Assembly: GCA_951406725.2 (NCBI GenBank)
Contig: OX597818.1
Location: 29,450,001-29,514,000, forward strand
Direction of reading: 5' to 3'
Length of the DNA: 64,000 bases
Origin: Octopus vulgaris
Lineage: Eukaryota
Position 1 is the first letter of the stretch, and every line of letters starts with the position of its first letter. Under the pieces are notes generated by a model. The model saw only the letters and a program-made list of their open reading frames with translations, made no database searches and had not been told where the DNA came from. Made by a program: the position numbers and the translations under genes. Shown here in pieces: positions 34,713 through 48,597 of the stretch.

Positions 34713-34900
34713 TATTCCAAACATGAAAACACAACAATGCGAGGACGTGGAACAAGTATAGTATTATTGGACGCTGAGAAAAGAAGGAAAGAAGGAGGGT
34801 TTAATGTTTCTTCTTCAGAAACATAGGAAAAGGAAAGATCCAAAGAAGGGAAGACAGAGGGAAAAAATCGCCAACGTTACACACGCGGTCACATTTTGAA
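34708..34900 (-). mobile_element. pLTR-like repeat with a hammerhead lacking stem II (34799-34822)
   Basis: Minus strand GTTT-CTGAAGA-A-GAAAC-ATT-AAAC, then GAGCGT-like (CAGCGTCCAATAATAC) tail ending in (TA)n, as in the 38021 and 62538 copies. Confidence 0.55.
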
Positions 34901-34991
34901 TAACCGGAAGGGAATGGGTGAAGTAAAAGTTCTTTCAAAGACAGGAGAGTGGAAGAGGAGGTATGTGTGTGTAAGTGTGGATATGTGCGTG

Positions 34992-35048
<57 letters not shown>

Positions 35049-35052
<4 letters not shown>

Positions 35053-36392
35053 GTCACCTCATAAATAATGCAGTTTTTTTTAACTTTTATTTTTCAAAAT
35101 TAATATAAACAAAGTCCTGTTTTCATCTAAAATATACTCTCCTTCATTTTCTACAATGCTCTTCCATCTATCTGGTAGACTTGCAAGGCTTCTCTTCCAA
35201 AATTCACTCGTCCGTGACGAAAAATACTCCTCCAGTACTGTTCTGGCTTCGTCTACAGAATTCATATTTTTTCCGTCCAAATGATTTTGAAGACTGCAGA
35301 ACAAATGATAATCAGATGGAGCAATGTCCCGAGAATATGGTGGGTAGGGCATCGTTTCCCATTCAAACTGCTCCAGCCTTTGGAATGTTAACCTCACTGA
35401 ATGTGGCCGAGCATTATCCTGATGGAAGAATACCTTTCGTCTTGAAACCCAAGATGGTCGTTTTTCGGATCTTTTCCTTTTGAACGGCACTTTGTAACAT
35501 AATTTCTAGGTAACAAAAAAGTTTTAAACTTCGTATACTGGTAGAATGTGTTTATAAAACATTTTCTCTTGGCTTTATTGAGAAAATTTTATAGGTTGTA
35601 AGATATTTCGTCTGAAATTTCTTGCATTTCGGCAATTTTAACCAATCGCTGACGTCCATTTTGGTAAATAACATTCTGTGCATAATGAATATGTCCCTCC
35701 TTTAAGAAACAGACTAGGTTTATTTACACTTGTGAAAAACAAGATACCCTTCCCCAACCCTTAACCCTAACTCTAACCCTAAATCTAAAATAGATTGAAA
35801 TGCAATAGATCGATACTAGGGCCATAATTATGGGTGACATTTTCATTTGACACCGCTAGAAAAAAATCCCATTTTCCGTAGCGGTGTCGTATGAAATTGT
35901 CACCCATAATTATAACCCTAGTATCGATCTATTGCATTTCAATCTATTTTAGATTTAGGGTTAGAGTTAGAGTTAGTTGGGGTTAGTTAGGGTTCATTTG
36001 TGAGACGTAACAGCAATGAAGAGCACACATTCACACTCTGCGTGCAATTAGACTCGGAAAGTTTGAGAGGAATTCATTGACCCAATTTGCCAACTTTTCC
36101 GATAGCACTCAGGTATCGCTGAATAGTTGACTAACCAAATCCAGTCTTCTCTGCTAGTTCCTCAACAGTTACGATGAGATTTTGTTCCACCAGGGTTTTC
36201 AGGACGTCCTCGTCGAGCTCTACAAATCTTCCAAGACGAGGCTCGTCTTCTAGGCTGTAGTTTCCACCGTTGACACTGGCTTACGCTTATTGTCCGATCT
36301 CCATATACTGCTTTAATATCCCTCGCACTTTCCGTTGCGTTGTTGCCTTTGTTGAACTCATAAAGCAAAATATGTCGAATATGAGAACCCAA
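35049..36392 (-). mobile_element. Mariner (Tc1/mariner) transposase pseudogene, interrupted and partly deleted
   Basis: N-terminus HIRHILLYEFNKG...LEDEPR.GR...GQ*IP (WVP motif); C-terminus FHQDNARPH...YPPYSRDIAPSDYHLF; TA-flanked terminus TTGGGTCACC at 35049. Confidence 0.93.
35467..35995. mobile_element. Non-autonomous insertion with (TAACCC)/(TTAGGG)-like repeats and a ~100-bp-arm palindrome
   Basis: ~35762-35863 is the imperfect reverse complement of ~35872-35974; the outer ends carry TAACCC-like / TTAGGG-like hexamers; replaces the middle of the mariner. Confidence 0.8.
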
Positions 36393-36886
36393 TAAAGTTC
36401 GAAAATCGATTAAGGTTATTCATCATTTTTCAGTCTGCGGGGAAATGGCTAAAATTTATAATTATATCATATAATTATAAATGGCATAATTATAATTATA
36501 AAATTTATAATTATGCCATATGTTACATATATATATATATAAGGTCGAGGTGTAGGAAAGTTAACTTCGAGCAATCCGGAGTAAATATTAAAAGAACAAC
36601 TTTCAGAAACATTTTTAGTTTATTGAGACGGAAGGTTGTGAATTATTTTTGTTTATCAAAGAACGATGAACAGAAAAAAGTTATTTTTAAATTCCATGGT
36701 AGGCAACCAGGGTTGCTGAGTGTGAAAAAAAGAATACAAGAGTTACAGAACGGAGTAGGAAAAATCCGGGCCATATATGATCCCTAGCGAGTGGAACCTC
36801 AGAAGTGGTAAAATCCAAGCGAGGTGTATGCCGCCTACTACTCTTCAAGATTTTGGTTAGATTAAAAGCTACATTGTCGCAAAGAG

Positions 36887-36942
<56 letters not shown>

Positions 36943-36946
<4 letters not shown>

Positions 36947-37029
36947 GAAATTTACAGAAAAACATAAGACGAAGACAGGTGTATAAACAACAAACAGGTG
37001 TTTTAGTTTAACGCTCATATATATATATA

Positions 37030-37087
<58 letters not shown>

Positions 37088-38105
37088 GGAACAAAAACGC
37101 AATAGTGGACAATAAAACATTTGGACATAGACGGACAGGAGAAACAACAATTAGGACAGGCAAAAAAAGACAGGTCATTCGTGGCCTTCTTTCCTCAGTC
37201 AAGTTACCAGAAGTCTTTACTGTTTCGGGCGGTTACACTTGATAGAGTTCGTTCTGGTTGCCCCCATAAAAGTCTTAGCTAAGACCATTAGAATATTTTG
37301 TAAGAAAGCTAACGAATGTGTACGTCAACAAAGACAAAAAACGGAGAACATAGTACACAAGTACAAATACAAACAACAAAAAAATAACAACAGGTGTCTT
37401 TTGACCTAGAACGAATCAAATTGAGCTGGCGTGTATGAAGTGAAAGCCTAAAGGCAGGAAGATAAGAGATGGACATAAGAGGTGTTGGCTGTCGGTAGTC
37501 AGGCCAAGAAAGAAAGATCATGGCTGGCCAGACACCGGAGGAGATAGGGGTAGGGAGTGGCGGGAATGAAGGATTAGAAAAAAAAATCAGAGAAAAAGGG
37601 AAAGGTACAGGGGTGATAAATGAGGAGAGAAAAGTGGGAGCGAGGAGGGAGAGGGGCCAAGAGAGGGACAAGAAATGTTAGAGTGAGAGGGGAGAGCGAG
37701 AAAAAGAAAAGAGGAAGAAAGTATGAGGGAGACTAAAAAATAGAGTAAGAGTCGTGCAAAACTTTGATACATACCTACTATAAGGTGAGCACAAGTGTGT
37801 ACGTACGCCGCTATATGGATTTATAAATATAAAACATGGAACAAAAATGCAATAGAGGACAATAATACATTCGGACAGATAGATGACACAAAGGTGGACA
37901 GGAGAAACAACAATTAGAAGGACAGGCATATATATTGTACAAAAATAAAGAAAATAAAACACGAAGACAAATTAGGGAAACAGTGTGTATTAGGTTAACG
38001 CTCAAAATATTGGAATAAGTCTTTAACGTTTCAAGCCTACGTTCTTCTACTGAGAAGAGAGATGAGAGAGAGTAATAAAGAAGAGAAAAGAGTGAAGTAT
38101 GAGAT
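36943..38105 (-). mobile_element. Cluster of pLTR-like repeats with a partial tandem duplication and hammerhead-like motifs
   Basis: ATGGAACAAAAA.GCAATAG.GGACAATAA...GGACAGGAGAAACAACAATTAG occurs at ~37086 and ~37836. 36943-37016 and 37940-38060 match 62538-62660 in reverse. HHR-like CAGTAGA-A-GAAC-GTAG-GCTT-GAAAC-GTT-AAAG at 38056-38021. Confidence 0.7.
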
Positions 38106-38828
38106 CGTGTATGCATGCGTGTGTGTGTCTGTGAGCGTTGGGTTCGTGGCCGGATATGGTTGGAGAGATTGTTGTAACATCGTTAACTTCTAGCGGTCGG
38201 TTTCTTACACCCCAGTATCTCACCGGCTGGCTTGCCTTTTTTCTCGTTCACTCCTGCCCTCTCATAAGGTCAAGTAAATGCGTGTTACGGCCTCTATTCT
38301 TTACACAGAGACTAACCCCTATCCTTATAAACACCACCCCACATTGTGGTTATGTGGGTCGTTATTCCAACCTACTTTCTCCTGCTCCCGCTTCCCCTCT
38401 CAACTTGTACCTTCTGGATATTTAAATTTGGTTGCTACTTGCTTCTTGTATTTCTTTTTCAAATGTCTGACGATATGTTTGCTTACTATGCTGGCCCAAT
38501 AAGGTGCATCTACAGCATGCATGTGTTGCCAAATACTGAAACATGTGACAGACGAAATAAAAGAGTAACTAGTCAATGCCCATGTTCCTTTTCATATTTT
38601 ATTGTTGTGTTCTTTGTATTACGTTCTCACCCACCAGCCTTCGACTGCGAAAGACCCATGTGTACACGCGATGGTGGCAGTCTAACACGATTATTAGACA
38701 GAAATCGGAATTGTTTAACTGTCGCGCGTACATCCTGTCATACATGTGTGTGTGTGTGTGACTGTGGTGTTCTTTCTCTGTATACATACATACATACATA
38801 CATACATACATACATACATACATACATA

Positions 38829-38903
38829 GCCTGTTGTTGTTGAAATTCCTACGAAGGAGCCTTGGATCTAAGTTAGAAACCGGCTCTTACTCTGAATAAT
38901 GAC
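38829..38903 (+). mobile_element. Extreme 3' end of an R4/Dong-type LINE inside a (CATA)n tract
   Basis: GTTGAAATTCCTACGAAGGAGC...TTAGAAACC resembles the 3' UTRs of the RLE LINEs at 60930-60990 and 40230-40185; CATA repeats on both sides. Confidence 0.55.
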
Positions 38904-38920
38904 ATACATACATTCCTCTG

Positions 38921-38981
<61 letters not shown>

Positions 38982-38982
<1 letters not shown>

Positions 38983-40115
38983 AACTTAGATAAAACTTAG
39001 ATATGTTTCGACCAGGCCATGTCTAACTTAATAGCACCACCTGATAGGATTATTCGAATCCTGTTTAAGTCAAGTTTTGTTCAAGTAGTGAGTTCTTGTT
39101 GGGTGAGTTGTATCCAATTATGAGTGGCTTATCTGGTATTCTTTGAAGGAATCTATCCAGACTCTGTTTAAAGTTGATGGGATCCTTTTCCTCTTTGATC
39201 TCCCTCGGGACAATGTTAAATAGGGCAGGGCCTGTTGAGGAAAAGAAATTATGTTGCAGTGTACATGTATGTTGTGATCTTGAATTTGGCAGGGGACGTA
39301 TAGCCCGTGGTCCAAGTCTTGGATGGACCTTGAAGCTAATGTTTAGGTCGTTTGGGCAAAGTTGGCGGTATATTTTCCACATCGTACAAATGATGTACCG
39401 CTCACGGCGACGCTGGAGGGAGTAGAGTTTCAAGGTTTTAAGGCGATCCCAATAATCGAGAGCAGCCATGCCTTCAATTTGTTTAGTGAGAGCCCTCTGG
39501 GGTGACTCAATTCTGGAGATGTTTTGTCTTGTGTGAGGAGACCACAGTGGGCAGCAGTATTCAAGGTGTGGCCGTACAAAGGAGGAAAAAAGTGGTATGA
39601 TGACACCTTGTTCTCTGGACCGGAAAGTTCTTAAGATCCAGGAACTCATCCTACGAGCTATATCAACCTTCTTGTTGATGTGTGCACTCCAACTGAGATC
39701 GTCATCAACAATTACACCCAGGTCTCTGATATTGTTAGAGGCTGTGAGCGGTTCCCCTGAAGGAAGAGAGTATGGTTGTTTTAGTGAGGAATTTCATCCA
39801 AAATGCATCAGCTCAAATTTTCCCTCATTCAGTTGCATTTTGTTTCTGTCTGCCCATTGACTCAGAGCATATAGATCAGACTGGAGTTGAGTTCGGTCTG
39901 CTTCTTCATTGACGATTTGCTGGAGCTTAGTGTCATCAGCGAATATTTTCACTTTGCAGTGATGTACGACACTGGAAAGGTCGTTTACGTAAATTATGAA
40001 GAGTAGCGGACCCAAAACAGTTCCCTGGGGAACACCGCTGGTGACTTTTGCTGGGTTTGAGTGGACTCCATCAACTACAACATGTTGCGTTCTATTCGCC
40101 AGGAAATACTTAATC
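38982..40115 (-). mobile_element. CR1-clade LINE, 5'-truncated RT and 3' end
   Basis: SGVPQGTVLGPLLFIIYVNDL, IFADDTKL, LQSDL, RDLGVIVD, VRPHLEYC.PLWSP, SLQRRRER; 3' tandem TATCTAAGTTT x2. Confidence 0.93.
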
Positions 40116-40117
40116 CA

Positions 40118-40181
<64 letters not shown>

Positions 40182-40184
40182 TTT

Positions 40185-41389
<1,205 letters not shown>

Positions 41390-41791
41390 TGCACACTCGA
41401 AAGGAATCGGCTATCATTTTACATAGAAATTAGATTACTATGTAGTTTAACGATGTTCATGCAACCGAGAATCTAGGACATGCAATCAGAAAATGTTTCC
41501 ACGAAGAATAGATAATAATCATTACTAAAGATGTATGATAGATGAATACAGATTTATTATTTGTTTATTAATATTATTTCCATATGATTACAACTGTTTC
41601 ATAATCTTCTCCATATAGAATTAATAATTTCAACATTCCAAACGATATACATACAATATATTTCAACATACATTATATAAAACAATTCGCATAGAGATAT
41701 ATGATAGAGGAAACTAACTTATATGATCTCATTTACCGGAAACATCACGGATTCCTCTAGGATTCAATTGTTACACAAACAAAATCCACTC

Positions 41792-41827
<36 letters not shown>

Positions 41828-41842
41828 TGTGTGTGTGTGTGT

Positions 41843-43110
41843 ACCACTCTGCTCTCTCTACATCCATCCACTACAAGCATACCAACTCACACTCATACCC
41901 TAACTTCTCCTCCTCCCATCCTACCAAAACCAAGCTCTCCGTCCCCTACTCCCAATATTCCACCGCCTGCGCAGGCTCTACTGTGACAACCATGACTTTG
42001 AGACTCAGTCTCAACTCATGTATCGCCACTTCATCCTTCGTGGATATCCCCTCGTCACTATTCACACAACCCTTCCTACAGCACTTCCCTGGACCATGCC
42101 TCTGCTCTCTCTTTCTCTCTCTCCCCGCACCCGCCCTGCCGTTTACCGTCTCCCGTTTCCTCTCACCTACCACCCCTCCACCTGCCCCTCCAACGAACTA
42201 TTCTCCGAGCCTTCCGGCGACTCCAGTCCGACCTCTCCATCTCGCACCTCTTCCCCAACCTACCCCTTCCCTCCTTCAAACAAGCTCACAACCTGCGTGA
42301 CCTCCTGTTCCACAGTTTCTTCCCTAACCCCACCTCCAAACTTGGCTCATTCTCCTGATCCCACCCACGATGCCGCACTTGCTCCTACCTCTCCAACACC
42401 ACCATTCTCACATTATCGTCCCTATCATATCACCCGACTCCTTTACCTTCTCTTCTAGCAACGTCATTTTCTGCATCTCCTGCTCTTCTCTTTACATCGG
42501 TCAAACGGGATGCTGCTTGGCTGACCGGTTCGCGGAGCACCTCCATGACATCAGACTCGACAAAGACACCCCGTCTCGTGCCATTTCCTCTCTACCGGTC
42601 ATTCACTATAACACCTGTCTGTGTTCGGATTGTCTTTGCACAGGGGCTATCCGGACTCCCGCCTTCGCCCTGAACAGAGATTAATCTTCTATCTTCCCTC
42701 CTTTGCGTCACATGGGCTCAACTCCCCTCCTCTCTTCATCTGACACCTACTTCCTCTCTATAATCCTAACCACTTTCTCTTTTTACTGATACCCCCTCCA
42801 GCCACACTCCACTCTCACATACACCACCCTACCCCCATGCCAACACACTCCCACATCCATATCCCCAACTCACATCCCCATCCACATACCCACCCTGATA
42901 CCACCACTCTACCACACCACATCACACCACCCCACACCACTCCACACACACTAGCACTGACCACTTCCCAACATCCACACACCATCATCTACACACCCAC
43001 ACACCATCATCCACACACCCACACACCATCATCCACACACCCACACATTACACACACACACACATCCACACGCCAAAGTCACAAGCCCCTATCCACACAC
43101 ACGCACGCCT
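41843..43110 (+). mobile_element. C-rich Penelope-like fragment (RT thumb + GIY-YIG) with low-complexity 3' region
   Basis: TSIHYKHTNSHSYPNFSSSHP..TKLSVPYSQ, RLRR, FILRGYP, NVIFCISC..LYIGQTG..LADRFAEH. Confidence 0.9.
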
Positions 43111-43238
43111 ACATTGTTTTGAGATCAACAATACTTTATTATTTCCCCTTCTTTCTACCTCTCCTGTCGAACCTTGTGTATACATATATACATACATACA
43201 TACATACATACATGCATGCATACATACATGTGTGTATG

Positions 43239-43269
<31 letters not shown>

Positions 43270-43524
43270 AAAATTAAGAAAAAGAGAACAAATTTCAAAG
43301 ATCAGTGTTCGTATTCACTCAATCCATTTCAAATTGTCGGAATTCTCCACTTTATACATAGGTGCATTCATATACACAAGATATAGTAAAAATTCCTAAG
43401 AATTTATAATTATATAACTATATAAAAATTCATAAATATATAAATATATAAAAAGTTTATAAATACACTAATATATAAATACATAATTGTACTTGCGATT
43501 AAGTGAAATCATGAATAAGTGCAA

Positions 43525-43611
43525 AGTCTAACGGCCGTTTCGGGAAGATATATGTTGGTATGGGCGAGCTAGCTCCAACCATAGAAATCATCTATACTTC
43601 TCTCCACAGAG

Positions 43612-43612
<1 letters not shown>
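43525..43612 (-). ncRNA. Hammerhead-like motif, CUGUGGA core variant
   Basis: Minus strand CTGTGGA-GAGAAG...CTTCCC-GAAAC-GGCC-GTT-AGAC; palindromic stem III; stem I degenerate. Confidence 0.55.
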
Positions 43613-43690
<78 letters not shown>

Positions 43691-44009
43691 TGTATGTATG
43701 TATGTATGTATGTATGAATACTAAATTTATAATTATGTAGATAATTATATTGAAGGGTGCGGATTTACCACATCTACACGCTAGAGATAGATGCTAAATG
43801 GCTCTAAAAACCTCACTACTCCATTAACACTGGTTGTAATCGGGCAGATGAAAAGAATAAATAAGACCTTTAGATCAATTGCGTATCGAACGATTTCAAA
43901 CTTAGCGTTATGAAAAGACTTTGTTATCTTCAGTACAGAATGCCAAAGCATATACACACAAATATTTATACATATCCGTACGAACAGCATAGTCGCACGA
44001 CCATATACA

Positions 44010-44146
44010 TGCGTTTGCCCGTATATACTAGTAAATATCTTGATCAAATTGCATTCGCTGCGGGGTTATTTTGATAAAAAACATAATGCACATGGTTGAG
44101 ATGAGAAGATGAATTAGATTTATACTAGTATATACGGGCAGATGTG
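44010..44146. repeat. Small inverted-repeat element (18-bp perfect, ~30-bp imperfect arms)
   Basis: TGCCCGTATATACTAGTA (44016-44033) versus TACTAGTATATACGGGCA (44123-44140). Confidence 0.75.
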
Positions 44147-44621
44147 CAGACAGGCAGACCGATAGATAACTTGTATGTGTACTTATTGGACACTGATTTT
44201 AAAAGTGCCGCGTTTTATTTCCTGTTACCGATCTTCGTACGATTACAATCATTGAAGCAAGGAAGATTTGTGTGATTTCAGCTCCCAGTAAATATACTAA
44301 ATATTTCTACTTGCAGAATGGAGTAATCTCCATTCTCCTTCTTGCCCACACCCAAGTGTTTACATACATGTGTGTATGCGAGTATGAGAGAGAGAAAAAG
44401 AAAGAGTGAGAGAGAGAGAGAGAGAGAGAGTGAATGCGTGCATGTGTGTGTGTGTGTCTGTATGCCTGTCTGTCTATACGCGCGTGCGAGTGCGCGTGTG
44501 TGCGTGCGTGTGTGATCAAATCAAGGATCATACGATTGTGAAACGAAAACTTGAAACACTTGACCACATGGTTATCTCACTCTCTCTCTCTCTCTCACTC
44601 TCACTCTCTCTCTGCCTCTCC

Positions 44622-44670
<49 letters not shown>

Positions 44671-45820
44671 TGTATGTATGTATGTATGTATATATATATA
44701 TATATGTATGTATTTGTATCTATATTATAAATATATATTATTTATACGGTTGTATATATACATGTATGTATGTGTGTGCGTTTAGGTGTGTGCACGCGTG
44801 CGTATGTGTGTGCGTGTGTGTGCGCGCGCGAGTGTGTGCGTGGGTGTGTGTGTGTGTGTCTGTGTGTGTGCAATTTCGTTGGAATGTTTCTTGATAAATA
44901 CAATCTAATAACTTCTGGCAAGAGTAAAACCTCGTAAGCATTTCATGTCACCTTAATTTTGTTAAGTGCGAAGTTCTGTAGTAATAAAGCCAAACGGCCA
45001 ATAATGGAAAATAATTTCGTTTAGATTGGATGTGAAACGGTGATCCGTTTTTTCTTTTTCTTTTTTTTTTTTCTGAAATATATATAAATTGTTTTTACGC
45101 ATGTGTATTTATATAGTGTTATCTATGCTCAGTGTGTGAATCTTCGTATGCTTTTCATGAAGTATATGATATAAAAATGCGTATCTCTGAATACAGATGT
45201 GTTTATGTGTGTATTTATTTGAAGTGTATTTGGTATGCGTGTGTATGTAGTAAATTTACATGTCCCTTCAGCTAGCTACAGAAATAATGTCTATGTTACA
45301 TTCAAAAAGCATTTTTTCCATTGCAGTGTCAGATAATGCTTTGTGATTATTTCGCTCTTGCTCGCTGTGTAAATCGAGAGTTCCATTTTCAGAGAATAAA
45401 TGCAATAAACTCATTTTACATGCTGACATTAGTAAACATGGTTACTATGAAATCGTTATAATGAGTTAATACCATTATAATTACTGAAGGCAATCGCTGT
45501 TATGTAGAGGTAAGTTTCTGGCGAGTCGGTTCTTCGACACGGTTTCGATCTCCAGTTACTTATCTACAAATTCCTGTGGGGAAAGTTTATGCACCAAAAT
45601 TTCTGTTCTTCATTTCAAAAACACATAGGCATTTTTTGCGCACAGTAGTTTATTTGACTGGAAAATTGTTATTATTTCTCGAGGCAGGTGAAGTGATTTC
45701 GATTTGCTAGCGAGTCAAAACTATTTCACTTCATTAACATCTCAAATTCCTTTCTGAAAAGCTTGAATGACATCATCTCTCATTTTCCTGGCTTAAAGTT
45801 CAGTCTGCAAGCCCCCATAA

Positions 45821-45861
<41 letters not shown>

Positions 45862-46061
45862 CATTTATGATTATGAGAAACGAGTCAAAGACTTGGCTTC
45901 GGTCACCAGTTGGGAGTGTCTTAATAAACTTCGCAAAGTCTATGTGAAGAATTATCAGAAATGTTCTACAGGGTGGTGAAACACTAAGTTAAATGCTTAC
46001 ATAAGGTGGAAAACTAAACTAAATGCTTGATGTCACATTCATTCCCTAGGAGAGTCTTCTT

Positions 46062-46700
46062 TCAAATCAAATCAAATCAAATCAAATTTATTGGCAGGAG
46101 AAGAGCATAATGTAAAAAAGAAAACCAGTTGTTGTAATATACGGTTATATACATAGTCGCCACAGTTGTCCAGAGCCTCTTTGAGTGGTAGGCAGTTGAA
46201 TGACATCTTGTGATAGCTTGTTCCACGGGGCTACGATACGGACGGAGAATGCGACCTTCCGCCTGTTGAGTCGAAAGTGTCGGGGATAGAGTTTACGATC
46301 ATGCCCACGAAGACCTCTATCCAGAGCAGGGGTGAAAAACTCCGCAAATGGTAGGTTTACATTCCCGATGAAGATGTTGAAAGCCAGGATGAGATCTTCC
46401 CGCATTGTCCGTTGTTCGAGTGAAGGTAATGCCAGCCGTTGGAGACGTTCCTCATAGGTAAGCTTAGCCAAGCCCTCAACCATTCTAGTGGCTAAGTGCT
46501 GAACCTGTTCCAGGTGCTGAATGTCTTTCTGGAGATATGGGTTTTAGGCCTGGATGCAATATTCGAGAGTGGGTCGAACTAGAGTGACGTATAAAGGCCG
46601 AAAGACATCCATTGAAAGGTTGACAAAGCACCGGCGGATGAGGAAAAGATTCTTTCTAGCTTTGTTGGCTGCCTCGACACACTGTTGTGCTGGTTTTAAA
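46062..46700 (-). mobile_element. CR1-clade LINE 3' fragment with (ATTTG)n tail
   Basis: LYVTLVRPTLEYC, YEERLQRLALPSLEQR, LRGH, FSVRIV.PWN.L; AATAAA then (ATTTG)5 at 46087-46062. Confidence 0.9.
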
Positions 46701-46797
46701 ATAGTATCAAGAATGTACTGAGCTTGAGTCAATTCACTATACTCCCTTGTTACAAGTTTATGGTATTTTTCAAGTTAAATTATTATTGCTGTTGCTG

Positions 46798-46903
<106 letters not shown>

Positions 46904-47798
46904 AACTACAGCAAAATATATAATGGTTGTCGTAGTTGTTGCTGTTGTAGCAGTTCTTGTTGCTGGCTGTGTTGTATTTAACCCTAAGTCAATCTTATTT
47001 GGGCGGATCTATAATAAAAATACATTCCATCCGTGAGCCCCTTGGTTCTTCAAGGCATTATCTTAGACTACGTTGTTTAATGTGTTCTCTCTTTCTTTAA
47101 TAATGTATGATACGAGTTTAAGGAAACCCAGATGCTATTTCTAGCAAGCTGATAGACGACTAGAGTCTTTTGAGTCTTTCTTTTCTAGCTTGTCGAAAAT
47201 ATATTAACCGCTAAGATGTGAACGGTGAAAAAAAAAAGGTAAAAAAGACTAAATTCCTATGAAAGAAAAGCAAAGTAGATGATCACACATTCCTTTAATT
47301 TGACAATTAGCCAATAACCAAATGCTTGAACTAAAATCATTGGAAGTCCATTTTGACGATTCACAATAAGCTTGCATGTTGATACATATCAAAAATTCAA
47401 GATTCTATCCTTCGTGTTTCTCTTCGAAAAACATTAATGGTGTAGGTGATGTGAGCCTGCATTGATCTAGATTCGCGATCTTGACATGTCAGCAATTTAC
47501 CTCCTACACTAAGTTTCAAGCTACTAAGCAATAAATCAATACAAATCTTCATAGGGAGAATACTGTAATATTTAGCTTCGTTTCTCTTAGTTCTGCGATT
47601 AAACCTCTCTGGGGTAGATTTTGTATTTCGTTTATCCATAATCAATAAAACTAGTGCCAATAATATACTTGAGTCGGTGTCTTTTTCTCTCAACAAGGTT
47701 GATCTCGCGTCAGAGTAGGAAATCATCTCACACTAATAACACACAATTTTGTTTGATTGGTCAGACTAAATATGTCACGCTACGTTACGTGAAATTAT

Positions 47799-47885
<87 letters not shown>

Positions 47886-48249
47886 CTCTCTGACCATCAC
47901 TAATACTACGACTACTATGTTTGCTAATGCTGTTTTCATTTAAATCTACCACTTGAAATACAGAGAACGTCGCACTAATTGTGATGTTCTTAAGTCACAG
48001 CTGACTTCGTCTCCTTCACTCCTTATATACAAATACACATGAGGCTAAATACACAACCAAACTATTTAAAAGAAGAAGAAGAAGAAGAAGAAGAAGAAGA
48101 AGAAGAAGAAGAAGAAGAAGAAGAAGAAGAAGAAGAAGAAGAAGAAGAAGGAGGAGGAGGAGGAGGAGGAGGAGGATAAAAGACGAACGAAATGCGCTAA
48201 GCATTTTGCCCGGCGCGCTCATAATGATAATAATAATAATAGGAAGGAA

Positions 48250-48565
48250 GCACTCCGTCGGTTACGACGACGAGGGTTCCGGTTGATCCGATCAACGGAA
48301 CAACCTGCTCGTGAAATTAACGTGTAAGTGGCTGAGCGCTCCACAGACACGTGCACCCTTACCGTAGTTCTCGGGGATATTCAGCGTGACACAGAGAGCG
48401 ACAAGGCCGGCCCCTTGAAATACAGGTACAACAGAAACAGGAAGTAAGAGTGAGAGAAAGTTGTGGCGAAAGAGTACAGCAGGGATCACCACCACAACGC
48501 CCGGTCTGGGAATCGAAACCGCAATCCTACGACCGCGAGTCCGCTGCCCTAACCACTGGGCCATA
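48250..48565 (-). mobile_element. tRNA-derived SINE, family B
   Basis: Head TGGCCCAGTGGTTAGGGCAGCGGACTCGCGG...GGTTTCGATTCC; body matches 20645-20888 and 51672-51985. Confidence 0.9.
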
Positions 48566-48597
48566 ATAATAACAATAACAACAACAACAACAACAAC

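Noticed and set aside
35755-35995. Telomere-telomere fusion site
   Set aside because: Hexamer tracts are short, degenerate and at the outer ends of repeat arms; better explained as part of a mobile element.
36481-36519. 15-bp-arm inverted repeat ATGGCATAATTATAA/TTATAATTATGCCAT
   Set aside because: AT-rich local duplication next to (TA)n; no sign of function or element termini.
36745-36855. Minus-strand TTGAAGA...CCTACTC hairpin as a hammerhead
   Set aside because: The GAAA core strand is absent after the putative stem II.
38829-38903. CCTACGA...AGAAACCGG as a hammerhead
   Set aside because: Core does not match CTGANGA; it aligns better to the 3' UTR of the R4/Dong LINEs.
47397-47726. 109-aa minus-strand ORF in unique sequence
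   Set aside because: No recognisable domain or splice context; length is within chance expectation.
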